Assembly (NCBI GenBank): GCA_002269645.1
Contig: NIVC01002295.1
Location: 1 to 64,000 of the forward strand
Source of the DNA: Macrostomum lignano
Lineage: Eukaryota
Reading direction: 5' to 3'
DNA: 64,000 nt
Positions 12,939 to 26,352 of the stretch are shown piece by piece. Within the stretch, counting starts at the first letter, position 1. The number at the start of each line of letters is the position of its first letter. The translations under genes were made by a program, and so were the position numbers. The notes below the pieces were generated by a model, which was not told where the DNA came from, ran no database searches, and was given only the letters and a program-made list of their open reading frames with translations.

Positions 12939-13139
12939 GTTTGTGCTATACTACGCACCTTGGCATTATAGCTCATTTCTGCCCGATGTGGCCTATTCAT
13001 ATTAGTGTTATAGTTAGCAGGCATGAAACCGCATTTGATGGGCCGCTAAGACTGTCTATGGTAAAATCCCATTTACTCCAATGCATTCAGTTGGTTTCAT
13101 GGCCCGCTAAAAATGTCTATGGCAAAGTCAGAAGAAAGC

Positions 13140-13206
13140 GGGGTCAAGGGGGCACTGAGCCCCCTTGCGGGGGTATGGGGGCACAGCCCCTACATTAGCA
13201 CACTAG
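13140..13206 (+). mobile_element. Helitron-like 3' end (GC hairpins followed by CTAG)
   Basis: AAGGGGGC-ACTGA-GCCCCCTT and GGGGC-ACA-GCCCC stems, then CTAG at 13203-13206. Confidence 0.4.
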
Positions 13207-14217
13207 CACACAAGACAAAGAAAGAAATAATGAAATCCAAAAATTGTCTATAGCCAAAACTTGCTCGGTTTGCCTTTGTTTGGTCTGCAAATTGTAAAAA
13301 GAGTAACTGATACTAAGAATTATTAAGCAGCACTAAGCTTTACTTTTAAAATATACAAGTTGTAGAAACATTAACTAGATACTTGTATGCATACAAGTTT
13401 TTTTACTTATTGAAGTTGGCCATAAATTATTGCAGCAGGCGGGATGCCGTGCATTTTTCCCCATTTCAACATGCCTAGGATAACTATAAAAAGCTATATA
13501 AGCTAATTAATAAAGTAGGCGAAGGCTATTTTAAAAGTTCTAAAAACTTGCTTTAAGATCAAAAGTATTAATTATTTCAGCTTCATTAACCTAAAAGTGA
13601 AATATTTATCAATACTTTCTATACAATTATGCAACCATTTTATTCATTTTAACAAAATTTTGATTGTTTGGATACTCAAAATTTTAAAAGTATCAGCTAT
13701 CAGACTATTGGGAAAATTTGAAAATTGTATTGGAAGTTACCGAAGTCCGATAATATAAAAAAGTATCAACTTCCAATACTCCAATACCCAAAAGGTGTCG
13801 CCAATAGTATTGGAATTATTTAAACCCCTTTTTTGAACTTTTCTAAGCTACTGCCAATATGGCTAGCCAACCTCTAGCACTGTGCTCCCAGGAATACGCA
13901 TTATTACAGACTGGGTGCTGACCAGTTTGGCGACAGAGATTCACAATGGACGAATTCGGCAAAAGCAAATTTGGCGACAATCTAGGCAAATTTGGCAACA
14001 ATGAATGAAGGAAAAACAATTACATATGATTTGAATAATTCCTTTTGTAGAATGGTAATCTATAATGCAGATTAGGCCTAGCTTTCCCTTTTTAACTGAG
14101 TTTGTTTTATCAATCATTTATTCTTAGTGAGTTTTAAGTCCTTTCCAAGAAATGCTTGTTAATTTCAGGCTGAGCGGCCTTGTAAGCAAAAACCTTTGGG
14201 ACTTGGAATAGGACTTC

Positions 14218-14600
14218 CTATATACTAAAAATGAGTTGTCTGTGGGTAGGTAGGTAGGTAGGTATGCGATAGATTTCAGAAAAAATGGCTCAACCGATTT
14301 TCTTCAAACTTGCACCATTCGATCAGAAATTTTCCTGGGACGGTACATGCATCTTGGCTAAGAAATTGCTCAATTTTAAAGGGATTAAATATTCGAAAAA
14401 CATGCTTTTTTGCAAAGGTCAAGCAGCTCTTTCGACCTGAAATGCATTGTAAGAATGCTAGAGAAAAAACTGACTGACTGAATTCCGATTGTGATAAAGA
14501 TTGCATCACAACAAGTTGAAAACAGTACCGAAGAAATGCACACACGACTTGATTTAAATTGCGTAACCATATTGCTAACTTAAATTGAGACTGATACTGG
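14218..14600 (+). mobile_element. Helitron/Helentron (DINE-1/HINE)-like non-autonomous fragment
   Basis: CTATATACTAAAA start, (GTAG)n microsatellite, then CAGAAAAAATGGCTCAACCGATTTTCTTCAAACTTG, a layout typical of these elements. Similar ATATACTAAAA starts occur at about 19050 and 38843. Confidence 0.45.
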
Positions 14601-14699
14601 CTGACTGAGAAATTGATTATGTCATAACTTTTTACTCCAATTGACTTGCTGTAAGAATTGAATTATAAGGGCCACAATTCATGTTCTCCAATTGAAAAG

Positions 14700-14790
14700 A
14701 GATAGCCCTGATGCGAACAGACTGGAATGCTAATGTAGCGACCTGGGTTCGAATCATAGTAGTGCAAAAAGATTTTTTTATTAAAACACC
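14700..14790 (+). other. tRNA-derived SINE-like head
   Basis: B-box GGGTTCGAATC at about 14745-14755 with a degenerate upstream tRNA body. A similar B-box (GCGGGTTCGATC) lies on the - strand at about 40391-40402. Confidence 0.35.
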
Positions 14791-14819
14791 TTAAAAACAC
14801 AACAAAACTGCTAAACATC

Positions 14820-16710
14820 AAAAAAGCGCAATGTCAAACATAGAAGAGCCAACATATCGAACATAAAAGAGTTACCATGTCAAACATAAAAGAGCTACCA
14901 TGTCGAACATTAAAGAGCTACCACGTCGAACATTAAAGAGCCACCATGTCGAACATAAAAGAGCCACCATGTCAAACATAAAACAGCCACCATTTCGAAC
15001 ATTAAAGAGCCACCATTTCGAACATTAAAGAGCCACCATTTTGAACATTAAAGAGCCACTATGTCAAACAATTAAGAGCCACCATGTCAAACATAAAAGA
15101 GCCAACATGTCAGACATTCAAAAGCCACCGTATCAAACATAAAAGAGTTACCATGTAGAACAAAAAAGATCCACCATGTCGAACATAAAAGAGCCACCAT
15201 GTCAAACATAAAGAGCCACCATGTCAAACATTTAGGAGCCACCATGTCAAACATATATGTGACTTTATGTCAAATATTAAAGAGCCACCATGTGAAACAT
15301 TAAAGAGCCACCATGTCAAACATTTAAGAGTCACCATGTCAAACCTAAAAGAGCCACCATGTCGAACATAAAAGAGCCACAATGTCAAACATTAAAGAGC
15401 CACCATTTAAAACCTAAAGGAGCCACCATGTCGAACATTAAAGAGCCACCATGTCGAACATAAAAGAGCAGCCATATCAAACATAAAAGAGTTACCATGT
15501 CAAACATTAAAGAGCCACCATGTCAAACATAAAGCAGCCACCATTTCGAAAATTAAGGAGCCACCATTTCGAAAATTAAGGAGCCACCATGTCGAACATT
15601 AAAGAGCCACCATGTCAAACATTTAGGAGCCACCATGTCAAACATATATGTGACTTTATGTCAAATATTAAAGAGCCACCATGTGAAACATTAAAGAGCC
15701 ACCATGTCAAACATTTAAGAGTCACCATGTCAAACCTAAAAGAGCCACCATGTCGAACATAAAAGAGCCACAATGTCAAACATTAAAGAGCCACCATTTC
15801 AAACCTAAAGGAGCCACCATGTCGAACATTAAAGAGCCACCATGTCGAACATAAAAGAGCCACCATATCAAACATAAAAGAGTTACCATGTCGAACATTA
15901 AAGAGCCACCATGTCGAACATAAAAGAGCCACCATGTCGAACATAAAACAGACACCATTAAGAACATTAAAGAGCCACCATGTCGAACATTAAAGAGCCA
16001 CCATGTCGAACATTAAAGAGCCACCATGTCAAACATAAAAGAGCCACCATTTCGAAAATTAAGGAGCCACCATTTCGAAAATTAAAGAGCCACCATGTTA
16101 AACATTAAAGGGCCACCTTGTCAAATATTAAAGAGCCACCATGTCAAACATAAAACAGCCACCATTTCGAAAATTAAAGAGCCACCATGTCGAACAATAA
16201 AGAGCCACCATGTCAAACATAAAACAGACACCATTAAGAACATTAAAGAGCCACCATGTCGAACATTAAAGAGCCACCATGTCAAACATAAAACAGCCAC
16301 CATTTCGAAAATTAAGGAGCCACCATTTCGAAATTTAAAGAGCCACCATGTTAAACATTAAAGGGCCACCTTGTCAAATATTAAAGAGCCACCATTTCAA
16401 ACCCAAAAGAGCGACCATGTCGAACATACAAGAGCCACCATGTCGAACATAAAAGAGCAGCCATGTAGAACATAAAAGAGCCACCATGTCGAACATAAAA
16501 GAGCCACCATGTCAAACATAAAAAAGCCAGCATGTCAAACATAAAAGAGCCAACATGAAGAACATTAAAGAGCCACCATGTCGACCATTAAAAGAGCCAC
16601 CATGTCGAACATACAAGAGCCACCATGTCAAACATAAAAAAGCCACCATGTCGAACAATAAAGAGCCACCATGTCAAACATAAAAGAGCCACCATGTCAA
16701 ACATTCAAGA
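14820..16710. repeat. 23-bp minisatellite (AAAGAGCCACCATGTCGAACATT/A)n, about 80 copies, with a higher-order duplication of about 390 bp
   Basis: Period 23 measured at 15971/15994. The variant block containing ACATATATGTGACTTTATG recurs at about 15250 and 15640. Confidence 0.95.
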
Positions 16711-16809
16711 TATACAATTTCAAATGTAAAGGTATAAAGCGCCATGCCAATTTAAAGGAGCCACTATAAAGCTAAGGAAATTGTCGCTCTAGCTACTTTT
16801 TGTCTGGTG

Positions 16810-17430
16810 GATGGTTGCTATTTGGGGGATGCTTGCTTTCTGGGGGATGCTTGCTATCTGGGCGATGCTTGCAATTTGGGGGATGCTTGCTATCTGAGTG
16901 ATGCTTGCTATCTGGTGGATGCTTGCTATCTGAGGGATGCTTGCTATCTGAGTGATGCTTGCTATCTGGGGGATGCTTGCTATTTGGAGGATGCTTGCTT
17001 TCTGGGGGATGCTTGCTATCTGGGCGATGCTTGCAATTTGGGGGATGCTTGCTATCTGAGGGATGCTTGCTATCTGGTGGATGCTTGCTATCTGAGGGAT
17101 GCTTGCTATCTGAGTGATGCTTGCTATCTGGGGGATGCTTGCTATCTGAGGGATGCTTGCTATCTGAGGGATGCTTGCTATTTGGGGTATGCTTGCTATC
17201 TGAGGGATGCTTGCTATCTGGGGAATGCTTGCTATCTGGGGAATGTTTGCTATCTGGGGAATGCTTGCTATCTGGGGGATGCTTGCTATCTGGGGGATGT
17301 TTGCTATCTGGGGGATGCTTGCTATCTGGGGGATGCTTGCTATCTGGGGGATGCTTGCTATCTGGGGATGCTTGCTATTTGAGGGATGCTTGCTATCTGG
17401 GGAATGCTTGCTATCTGGGGGATGCTTGTG
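16810..17430. repeat. 18-bp minisatellite (GGGGATGCTTGCTATCTG)n, possibly coding on the - strand
   Basis: About 34 copies. The - strand reads (DSKHPP)n or (QIASIP)n, preceded in frame by about 50 unique open codons. Confidence 0.9.
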
Positions 17431-19129
17431 GTCTTGGGAAGATTTCTTATTGCAATTCACTTCATTTGAGCAGTTTGTCTGGCTCTTTGTGAAGGATTTT
17501 CTGGCTGTCTTTTTGTTACTTGTAGAGAACAGAGATTCTATCCAGATGTCCCCCATCGGGGGGCGAAGATTGCTAGTATCATTTTCTATTGTTTACAATG
17601 TTGGGGAAAGAATTCAGCCTTTAACTGCCCCCCTTCATTTGATATGAACCATTTAAGGTGCCCAATTCATTCTAATTTGAACCCCCTTTTTGCAGCTATC
17701 TATCTGTTTTATTACTCTGCTATTAGTCACCCACCCCACCTCTGTGCATGCCCGCCAAAGAGTACATGCAGGGCGGTGACTGGTGCCTTGTTCCAACGCG
17801 TGAATCTCCTTTTATTCATCGTTTGGATGGCCTCTTGAGTATATAAGGCTCAAATATACCGTAAATTACGGTGGTGGTAGCTCTACCCTACTGAAAGTAA
17901 CAAGCTTAGCAAATTGACGCATTAACCTATGGTGTCAAAATTTTAGTTTCTACCATTTGAATGACTGCACTGCTATACGTACAATCGCTCCACTACGATA
18001 TGACTACCCTCCCCCAGAATTTGAGGACCCCAGCAGTTGGAGTAAAATAGGAGAAAGAATTTTGTTGTAATTGGTTTACGCAATATCTTTGGATTTATTT
18101 GTACAAATGCAATGCCAGCAGGAATTCAAATGTAGAATCTGCCCCCACGTCATTTATGAGTGTTAGCAACTGACCAATTTCAAGTTAAACCCCAAGTTAA
18201 TTTTCTTTTTCCACCCGCACCTCATTTGCTTTAAGTTATCTTTAGGCTAGCTATAAAAAGACGTGTTGCCAAATTTGCCTAGGCTAGATTGTTGCCAAAT
18301 TTGCTTTTGCCAAATTAGTTCATTGTAAATCTCTGTTGCCGAATTTGTTTGTTGCCAAATTTGCATGCATCTTTACAGACCAATGGGCTGCCTACAACAC
18401 ATTGGCCAACCATCTAATAGTCAACCATTTGCTGCAACTGCAAAGCCAAGTTTCAAGCTATGCATAGAAATAGCAACCCATACTCAGGAAGGTGGCCTGC
18501 ACGCGGGAATTTTCCCGTGTGCACAAGCCACGCTAAAATTTTGGCGTGCAAAGTTGGCGTGCAAATAGGGGTCTCAAGCCATGCCTAAATTTTCAGCGTA
18601 CAAGTTTTTTACTTGGCGTGTAACCTTGGCGTGCAATTACAAACTGACAGTATATCAACAAGTCAGATATAGATGTATACACTATATATATACAATATAT
18701 AAAGTTAAACGTGAACAATTGAATTTGAATATTGATTAAACCAACTAGTTGAGGCTACAGCCTAGCCTACAGCCAGGCCTACACTCTACGGCGCATGACC
18801 AAGATGGCCACAGCTCTGAATGGCTGCTTGGATAGGAATAGGTCTATATATTTCCTCATTTCCTATTGGCTGTGATTGGGGTGGGGTATGACGTAGCTTC
18901 AAGTCTCGGAGAAGACAGATTTCGTTAGTGAAATTAGACTAAGTAAAACAAAAAACACTTCCCTTTACAGCAGGTATTACTACCTACTAAAGCTAGTAGC
19001 ACTACTAGCACAAGACATTTGATTTTTGTATCATGGATAATAGTTTCAAACGTATCTCAATATACTAAAACTGACGTGTTGTTTGTATATGTTAAAAGTT
19101 AAAGGTAGAGGGTAAAGGTATTAGTTATG

Positions 19130-19963
19130 ATAGAAGTAAGCAAAAATTGGAGTGCCTCTTGTCTCTCATCTTTTCTCTCATCTCTGCACTCTCGTCTCTT
19201 TTCTTTTCTCTGTCATTTCTGCCCTCTTGTCTCTAATCTTTTCTCTCTCTCTCTCTCATCTCTGCCCTCTCCTCTCTTATCTCTTGCCCTCTTGTCTCTA
19301 ATCTTTTCTCTCTCTCTCTCTCTCATCTCTGCCCTCACCTCTCTTATCTCTTGCCCTCTCCTCTCTTATCTATTCTCTCTCATGTCTGCCCTCTTCTCTC
19401 TTTTCTCTCTCATCTCTGCCCTCTCCTGTATCATCTTTCTCTCTCTCATCTCTGCCCTCTCCTCTCATCTCTTGCCCTCTCTCTCATCTATTCTCTCTCT
19501 CATGTCTGCCCTCTTCTCTCATCTTTTCTCTCTCATGTCTGCCCTCTCCTCTCATCTTTTCTCTCTCTCATCTCTGCCCTCTCCTCTCTCATCTCTGCCC
19601 TCACCTCTCTCCTCTCCTTTCTCCTCATGTCTATCCTCTCCTCTCTTCTCACCTCTTTGCTATCATCTCCCTTTTCCTCTTCATTCTCTTCTCCCTTCCC
19701 TCCTTTCTCCTCTCCATTAATCTCCCTTCTCTCTTTCCGCTTGTATATAATCTCTCCTCTCATCAACTCTCTTCTCCTTTATTCCTTCGCCTCTCCTTTA
19801 TCCTATGCTTGTATTTCTCTTCTCTATTCCTTACCCTCTCTCCTCACCGCTGGCCCGCTCTGTCATCAAGACTCCTCGCTTTGCTTTGGGGGCCAATGAA
19901 GCGGACTAGAAGGGCAGTCATGAGCTGGGTTCTCAATCGAGGTAAAAATTTTGCCAACCCCTG
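19130..19963 (-). mobile_element. CT-rich microsatellite ending in a Charlie-type hAT terminus
   Basis: AAAAATTTTGCCAACCCCTG at 19944-19963 (reverse complement CAGGGGTTGGCAAAATTTTT); shares AGAGCGGGCCAG and a GA-rich core with the element at 27575. Confidence 0.45.
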
Positions 19964-20571
19964 CACTAAAAGCACCTGGCTTAGTCACATTAGATAAAAA
20001 CTACATGTATAGTGGAATGGGATTGAGAACAACATGAACTAGCCTCTCTACTCTGAACCTCTCTACTCTCAGCCTCTATCTACTCTCAACCTCTCTATTC
20101 TCAGCCTCTCCATTGTCAGCCTCTCTCTACTCTCAGCCTCTATCCACTCTCAACCTCTATCCCCAGCCCCTCTCTACTCTCAGCCCCTCTCTGCTCTCAG
20201 CCTCTCTCTACTCTCAGCCTCTACTTTCATCTTCTCTCTCAGCTCAGCTTATATCTAGTTCTAAAATCTGAAGTCATACTCAAACAAAAACTTGTCTTTC
20301 AAAAACATGTATCGGCAAAATCTCTGGCCTCCTGTCTCTCTCTATGTCCCTCGGATCCTTTGAAACTCTATCTTCTCTTTTGTTTCCTCTCTCTCTCTTC
20401 TCTTCTCTTCTTTCCTATCTCCTCTCTCCCATCTTCTCTCGTCGATCTTCCCTCACCTTTCTTCTCTTTCATCTTTGCTCTCTCTTCTTATTTATCTCTG
20501 GTCTCCACTCTCTCCCCTTAGGAAAGAAGGAAAGATAGAAAAGATAGATAGCAAACATAGGAAAGAAGCCT

Positions 20572-20800
20572 ATGTTTGAAAAAGTGCCCGACTTGTACCA
20601 GCTAAGGCCAGCTAGAAGGCAACGCGGGAGAGATATTGTTGTAGAGTATCCAATCAAGAATGTGCCCACCCACCTTCTGGTGGATGGGGGCAGTGCGCTG
20701 TCTTTGCTAAGAGCCAAAGACTATTCTAAAAAAATCACTGGAAGGAGCATGGAGGCCTTGGAGCCCCATGTGTGAAGGCCGTGTCATGTCATTAAAGATT
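20572..20800 (+). pseudogene. Retropepsin (LTR-retrotransposon aspartyl protease)-like fragment
   Basis: YPIKNVPTHLLVDGGSALSLL resembles the V.ING.P..hLVD(S/T)GA..Sh motif, followed by KITGRSMEALE; no adjacent gag or RT. Confidence 0.4.
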
Positions 20801-22265
20801 ATAGGACTGAGAAAATTTATTTATTAGGAGTTAGTCTCCCGTTCGACCCCCGCTGAGTGGCAGAATTGTAGTCAGCCCGTGATTGCTTAATCCCCTCCCA
20901 ATTAGCGTATTGAAAGATTGCTCGTGTTGCCCCATTGGATACTGCTTTTTGCTTATTTATGTGCGCTTTCCATCATATTCAAACTATGTTGTGACTCCGT
21001 GCTCATGTGGCAATGTTTAAATATCTAGGATTTGAGCTCGAACTTTGAGCTCAAATTTGAGCTTGTACGGTATGCGTTTATTCCCTATAAGTCAATATTA
21101 TCTTGGAAACCGGAAAAATTTCTATGGGTCTGCCCCGCACAAGGTCCTGCCCCGCTGTTTAAAATTTTGTAGGAACAATGGAAGTCTGGGACTGTTAAAA
21201 TTAGCACATTTCAGTTTGCCATTTGCCATGACAGTGCAGTGATAAACGCTTAGTGCAGCGATAGTACATGTTGCCATTTCGCCGCGTTTTTTCATCGCGA
21301 ATTTTGAACAGGGCATGAAATTTACCCAGTTTTTATCCCTTTAAACAAGTAAATTAGTCTCGACCAATAAGAGAAACTGGAAAAAGCTACACCAGATTTT
21401 ATATGAAGAAGAGATTTGTTTAATACGAAATATGTTTACACCTCTTAGGGGCCTACTATAAGTAGGAAATTAAGACTTGTAACCATTTTGTCTTTAGCCC
21501 TGCAATAACTAATAAAATTTTGACTGCCTGTCTAAACCCCCCCATTGCAACCCCACATCTCCCCACCCGAAGCTATCCAATAGTAAACCAGCTGTCATTT
21601 TCCGTGACCCCCACCCTAGCTGTGGCCATCTTGGTGTGTGGCCATCTTGGTCTTACACCCACTCTACAGCCTACATTAAAATTAAAATATCCAATAACTT
21701 TTAAATGCTCCTATTTTGTGACTCTTGTAGACTTTTATTTTATTTGTTTCTTGAAATGTGAAGAAAAAGTTTTTGATACTCACTATGTTCTTTGTAGCGA
21801 ATTTCCTTTTTTTATATAAACTTTGTTTAACGTAAGTAGAAAATTTATTTAAAAATAGTATCATCTAATATGGTATACACAATTTTCGGCGTACATGATT
21901 TTTGGTAGGGCCTATTCAAGATTTTTGGCATGCAACAGAAATGTCATGTTAAGGGTTTTAAAAAATTGGCGTACATTGGCGTGCACCAAGGATTTTTCCA
22001 TAAATTGATTCCCGCGTGCACTTGCCACCTTCCTGACTATGGATAGCAACATTTTTTTGAAATGTATTGCAAAAGTTCATGTGGTTCCAAGCTTCCCCTG
22101 GCCCTATCAGCACTTTGGCAATACCTTCCACTGAATAATATATTATTACCCTATGTAGAACTCTGTGAACTCTTGCAAGAACTCTGTTCCTGTTGGACTT
22201 TGAAAATTTCAAAAAGGGGTTTAAATAATTTAGAGCAGGAAACCAAAGGATTGCCAATATAATAA

Positions 22266-22828
22266 CCACAGCCAGGAAGACGGTAGAATCCTCGGAATTT
22301 TCCGGCGCAAATCAGCAATTTGCCGGCGCACGGCGCACACTTCACTGCGCCGCGCGCATGGGCTCGGCGCATCGGCGCATGGCTCGGTGCATCGGTGCAT
22401 GGCTCGGCGCATGGCGCACAAGGTACGTCAGTGTACGTGACAATATAACAATGAATAATAAAAAACGTATATTAAATGTCAATCAATCAATAAAATAAAC
22501 GATAGTCGATACGATAGTCGTTATTTCCAATGTTGTTTCTATTTCAAATTTCATTAATCGACTTAACAAACTTAACAAATTTGCGCCTTTCGCGGCTTTT
22601 GTTGCGTCTTTTTGCTTATATTTTGCAAATAGAAGCCATGATTGAACTGCTTGAACTTCCATTGATATTGATTTAATTTAGATACTTAATACTTGATGGT
22701 ACTTTTTCAAGTGTATTTTTCTCGGCGCATGGCGCACAAGTAATTTTTTTTTCTCGGCGCACGCGGCGCACAACAAAAATTTTGATGGATGTTATTCCGG
22801 CGCACACGCTGCACCTTCCTGACCATGG
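22266..22828. mobile_element. hAT MITE, 563 bp, same TIR family as 18478-22042
   Basis: CCACAGCCAGGAAG...CCTTCCTGACCATGG; 8-bp TSD TATAATAA (22258-22265, 22829-22836); subterminal GGCGCA motifs. Confidence 0.88.
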
Positions 22829-25800
22829 TATAATAAAACATGCTTAGGCTTAGGCCTATCAATTCCTTTATTAGCATGATCATGACTAGGACTCAGCCCC
22901 TAGACCTACTGTTTTAAGAAAGGAGAGGCCTTTGAACTTTATAATATTATGCATATTTATTATTCATTCAAGTTAGGCCTTAGTAAAATAATTCTATAGT
23001 AGGGGGGCCTACAACTACAATAGGCCTACTATACATGTATTGTAGATTATCCTATGTATTAGTTGATTTGATTACCAAATATAGTAAATAGCCTAATTTA
23101 TTTGTCTAGAGTCTAATATTATATAAATATCACTATAAACTACACTAGGCCTTAGGCCTATAGTCTAAGATAAAAGCATAGGCAACTTAATTAATTATTG
23201 TCATGTGTCATGACTCATGTGTGGGTTTCCTGTCAGACATCCAGACAGACATTCAACATGTTCAAAAAGATTGCCTGTAAATTAAAAAAATAGATGCAAG
23301 AAACGTATAACCGTTTTCAAGATATCGTTTTCACTGTCTGGAATATAACATATAAGTAAGCCAGCATATAAGTAAAGTATCGAATGATTCGAATCGATCG
23401 ATGGCACATTTTAAATTGTAGTAGTAGTAGTAGTAGTAGTAGTAAGAATTTGGCTCAGGCAATTAGCCTGTTTGGCCAATATATTATACGGCAATGTATT
23501 TGGAAAAACTTTCGAAATAGAAGTGTTTATGTATACAATACATACATACGATTCGACGACTATTGTAAAATATATGTAAGTATTTGAAAGAGCGCCAGAA
23601 TTTTTACGGTATTTTTGGACGAAAAGTGACGTCCGACTAACAACGAAACGAACAATTTAAAGTATTTAAATAAAAGAATTATAATATGGATATGAATATG
23701 AGTTTAAATATGAGTACAAAAATGGGTACGAATAACGAGGTATTGCTTTGATTACGAGATTGCGAGATAAGGTAAGTAAGATAAGTCAATTGCCAGTTTT
23801 TAATTAAAAATCAAATTCACACCAAAATAAATGTTGACGGACAGAACGTAAAATAGTTGTATTGTTAGAGTAATGAGGGACCAACATAATAATAATATCA
23901 TCCAGGCTGAATAAATCCAGTCACTTAACTCTATGGTGAACCTTCACTATTCGGCACAGGGGTTAACAGACGTTCTGTAACGGGTCACTTTGGAGAAGTA
24001 GCTCCATATAGTGGATTGCAATGAGAGAGATTCTTCGCAAGAGATTCTTGAAGTAGTATTGATTCGCTTCAATTTAACCTCGTAATCTCGTGACATCGCT
24101 CAGAATATTAATGTATTGTAGTAAAATAGACTGTTAGCCATCTCGTCATAATCGAATTCTGACGACGCCTAGAAGTTTCAACCGTCAGTACACGGACTAA
24201 AGTAAAGGTGTCTTTGAACACGCGTACTTGTAAATGTAATCATGCGAGTAATAATAAACTGCTTGGATTTCTTAAACTATCCAAGCACTCAAAGCCTGGC
24301 GGTAACTGTTTATGGTTGTCCTAAGCAGGGAAGTGAAAGCACGACAGACTGCTGTTAATACATGCACATTGTACACGAGAGCATCGATTGTGGGGAACGA
24401 AGCGTATGTATAAAGCTAATTGGATCATTAGATTTGCCCCCCCCCCTGCCTCGCTTGACTGGAAAATTTAGACCCTTATGCAAAAATCGAATACGAACGT
24501 CATTGTGTTGTGTATTCAAACTGTAAGCGATCGATCGAACGATTATGGCGGTGTATATAGCAAACGATACTCAGCGACACTACACTTTACGGAACTATTG
24601 CAACCGCGAACTAGATCAGAAAAGTTTATCAATGCAACTAGGGCTCTTTTAATGTGCTTAGGGACGAATTCTCGCAGCTGTTTTTGGGGGGTGGTTAGCT
24701 CACATGATAATGATTAAGAGGGCGGGTACATCTAAATTTAAATGTGTACATACAGTCAAGCGTTGATAATGCCAACCGCGCATGCACCCCTGCTAAGTGA
24801 TACGAAGAATTTCTAGTATTTTCGTGCCCTGCTCATTCGACTAAATGTAGTAGCCTTTAGTAGGGTCTAGTCTGTTGCGTCTTGCGTGCGCCACGTGGCT
24901 AAAATAAATCACTTCTACACGACTACACAACATGTGCATGTACATGTAGGTGTGAAACTTAGCTCGATGTACATGTACATTACTCTTTTCTTACTTCTGG
25001 GAGTTTCTCTACAATGTGTTTTTGGCTTTGCGTAATTTATATTACTATTACATTATTTCAGAAACTAGCATGAAACAAACAAGCGAAATAAACAAGCGAA
25101 CGACACTATACATGTCAGTGTAAATACACCAAAGCATTAAGGGTTGCAATTGATAGCTTTACTTGAAGTATATAGTATATGTATAAATAATAAGTATTAA
25201 CAATTAAAAGTTACAGGCTACAGATGGGGAGCGCCATTTCAAACAAAAAAACAAACTTCAAGACCATAATTTGTGAATTAGCAAATGAAAGAACGGAGGA
25301 AAGCCAATGAAGAGAAATTAGTTTACTGTTACATTGTCTGCTAACGCGAAGGGATTGGTGCACGTTCCACAATCTAAATAACCTGGGAACACTTGTATTT
25401 TGTTGAAGATTATTGGCAAAAGAAGGCTTTGCTTCGAGTTGTTAATGCTTGCTTAACTTACAAGTCAAAAAGCAAACAGGGAGATCAGATTGCGGCTCCG
25501 CTGGTCCACAGGGGGCCTCCGGGCAACCGAAGACTACGGGATGGGGAATTAAAGATTTTTTGCAGCCTTCGAACGGGCGCGGCATGGCCGACTTCTGGGA
25601 AGGCACACGAATTAGCAAAGCATGGATATAATTAAGTAGCTAAGCTGGCGCACACTTACAACTTTGACAATTTAAGGTGCCGGGTACATACAAGCTTAGC
25701 AATGGACAGGCAGCTAAGCGTTACTGTTAGTAGTAGATTATATATTAACGCTATGCTTTGTTAGTCATGCATTACATTCTTATACGATTATAGATATATA

Positions 25801-26352
25801 GGGGGCTTAAAACAATCATTTTCTATTCTACAAAAAACTTGATAAATTTACACGCACAAGTAAACGTACGGCTGGGATATAATTGATTTAACTCCGGTAC
25901 AAAAGGAAATTTTGCAATTAATGCCAGGTTGAGCTTAGATACGAGTATAGAACCAACAGGCTAAAAGAACATGAAACTCAAATCTCGCACGCTGTTTACC
26001 GAGCTATTCAAATAGCTGAAGGAAAATCAACTTTATCGATACGCACACTTACAGACACAAGTACAAGTAAACCTGAAAATATGCATCAACTAAAGAACAA
26101 ACATTTAGGAGGGGCTCTAGTAACAAAATTAAAGGGTAGAACATCGTTTCCGAAGTATGATTGATATAAGTTGAGCCGCATGAAGGCAAACAAACAGGCA
26201 GACAGACAGACAAACGGAAGGGGCAGACAGGTGGTCTTGCTAGCTAAATAATTAGAGCAAAACAAATCATTTAATTAGAAGACTTACATTACAGAATCAT
26301 TTCGCGCATTTGATATGATCATTGAGAATAGCTTCATATGAGATTAAGGTAG

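Larger units (their letters stand above)
13913..18372. mobile_element. Putative Mutator-like fold-back element, 4.46 kb, non-autonomous
   Basis: Modular TIRs of about 90-100 bp (TTTGGCGACAGAGATTCACAATG...GCAAATTTGGCAACA at 13926-14000, inverted at 18265-18365); candidate 9-bp TSD TTACAGACT (13904-13912) / TTACAGACC (18373-18381). Confidence 0.6.
18478..22042. mobile_element. Non-autonomous hAT element, 3565 bp, with long modular subterminal repeats and cargo
   Basis: TIR CCATACTCAGGAAGGTGGC...GCACGCGGGAAT with inverse ATTCCCGCGTGCAC...GCCACCTTCCTGACTATGG; perfect 8-bp TSD ATAGCAAC (18470-18477, 22043-22050); inner inverted motif ACCAAGATGGCCACAGCT at about 18800 and 21620. Confidence 0.88.

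Noticed and set aside
25393-25635. Overlapping ORFs 25393..25635 and 25449..25631 as a gene
   Set aside because: Short, no recognisable motif and no convincing splice partner; may be 3' UTR or intergenic.
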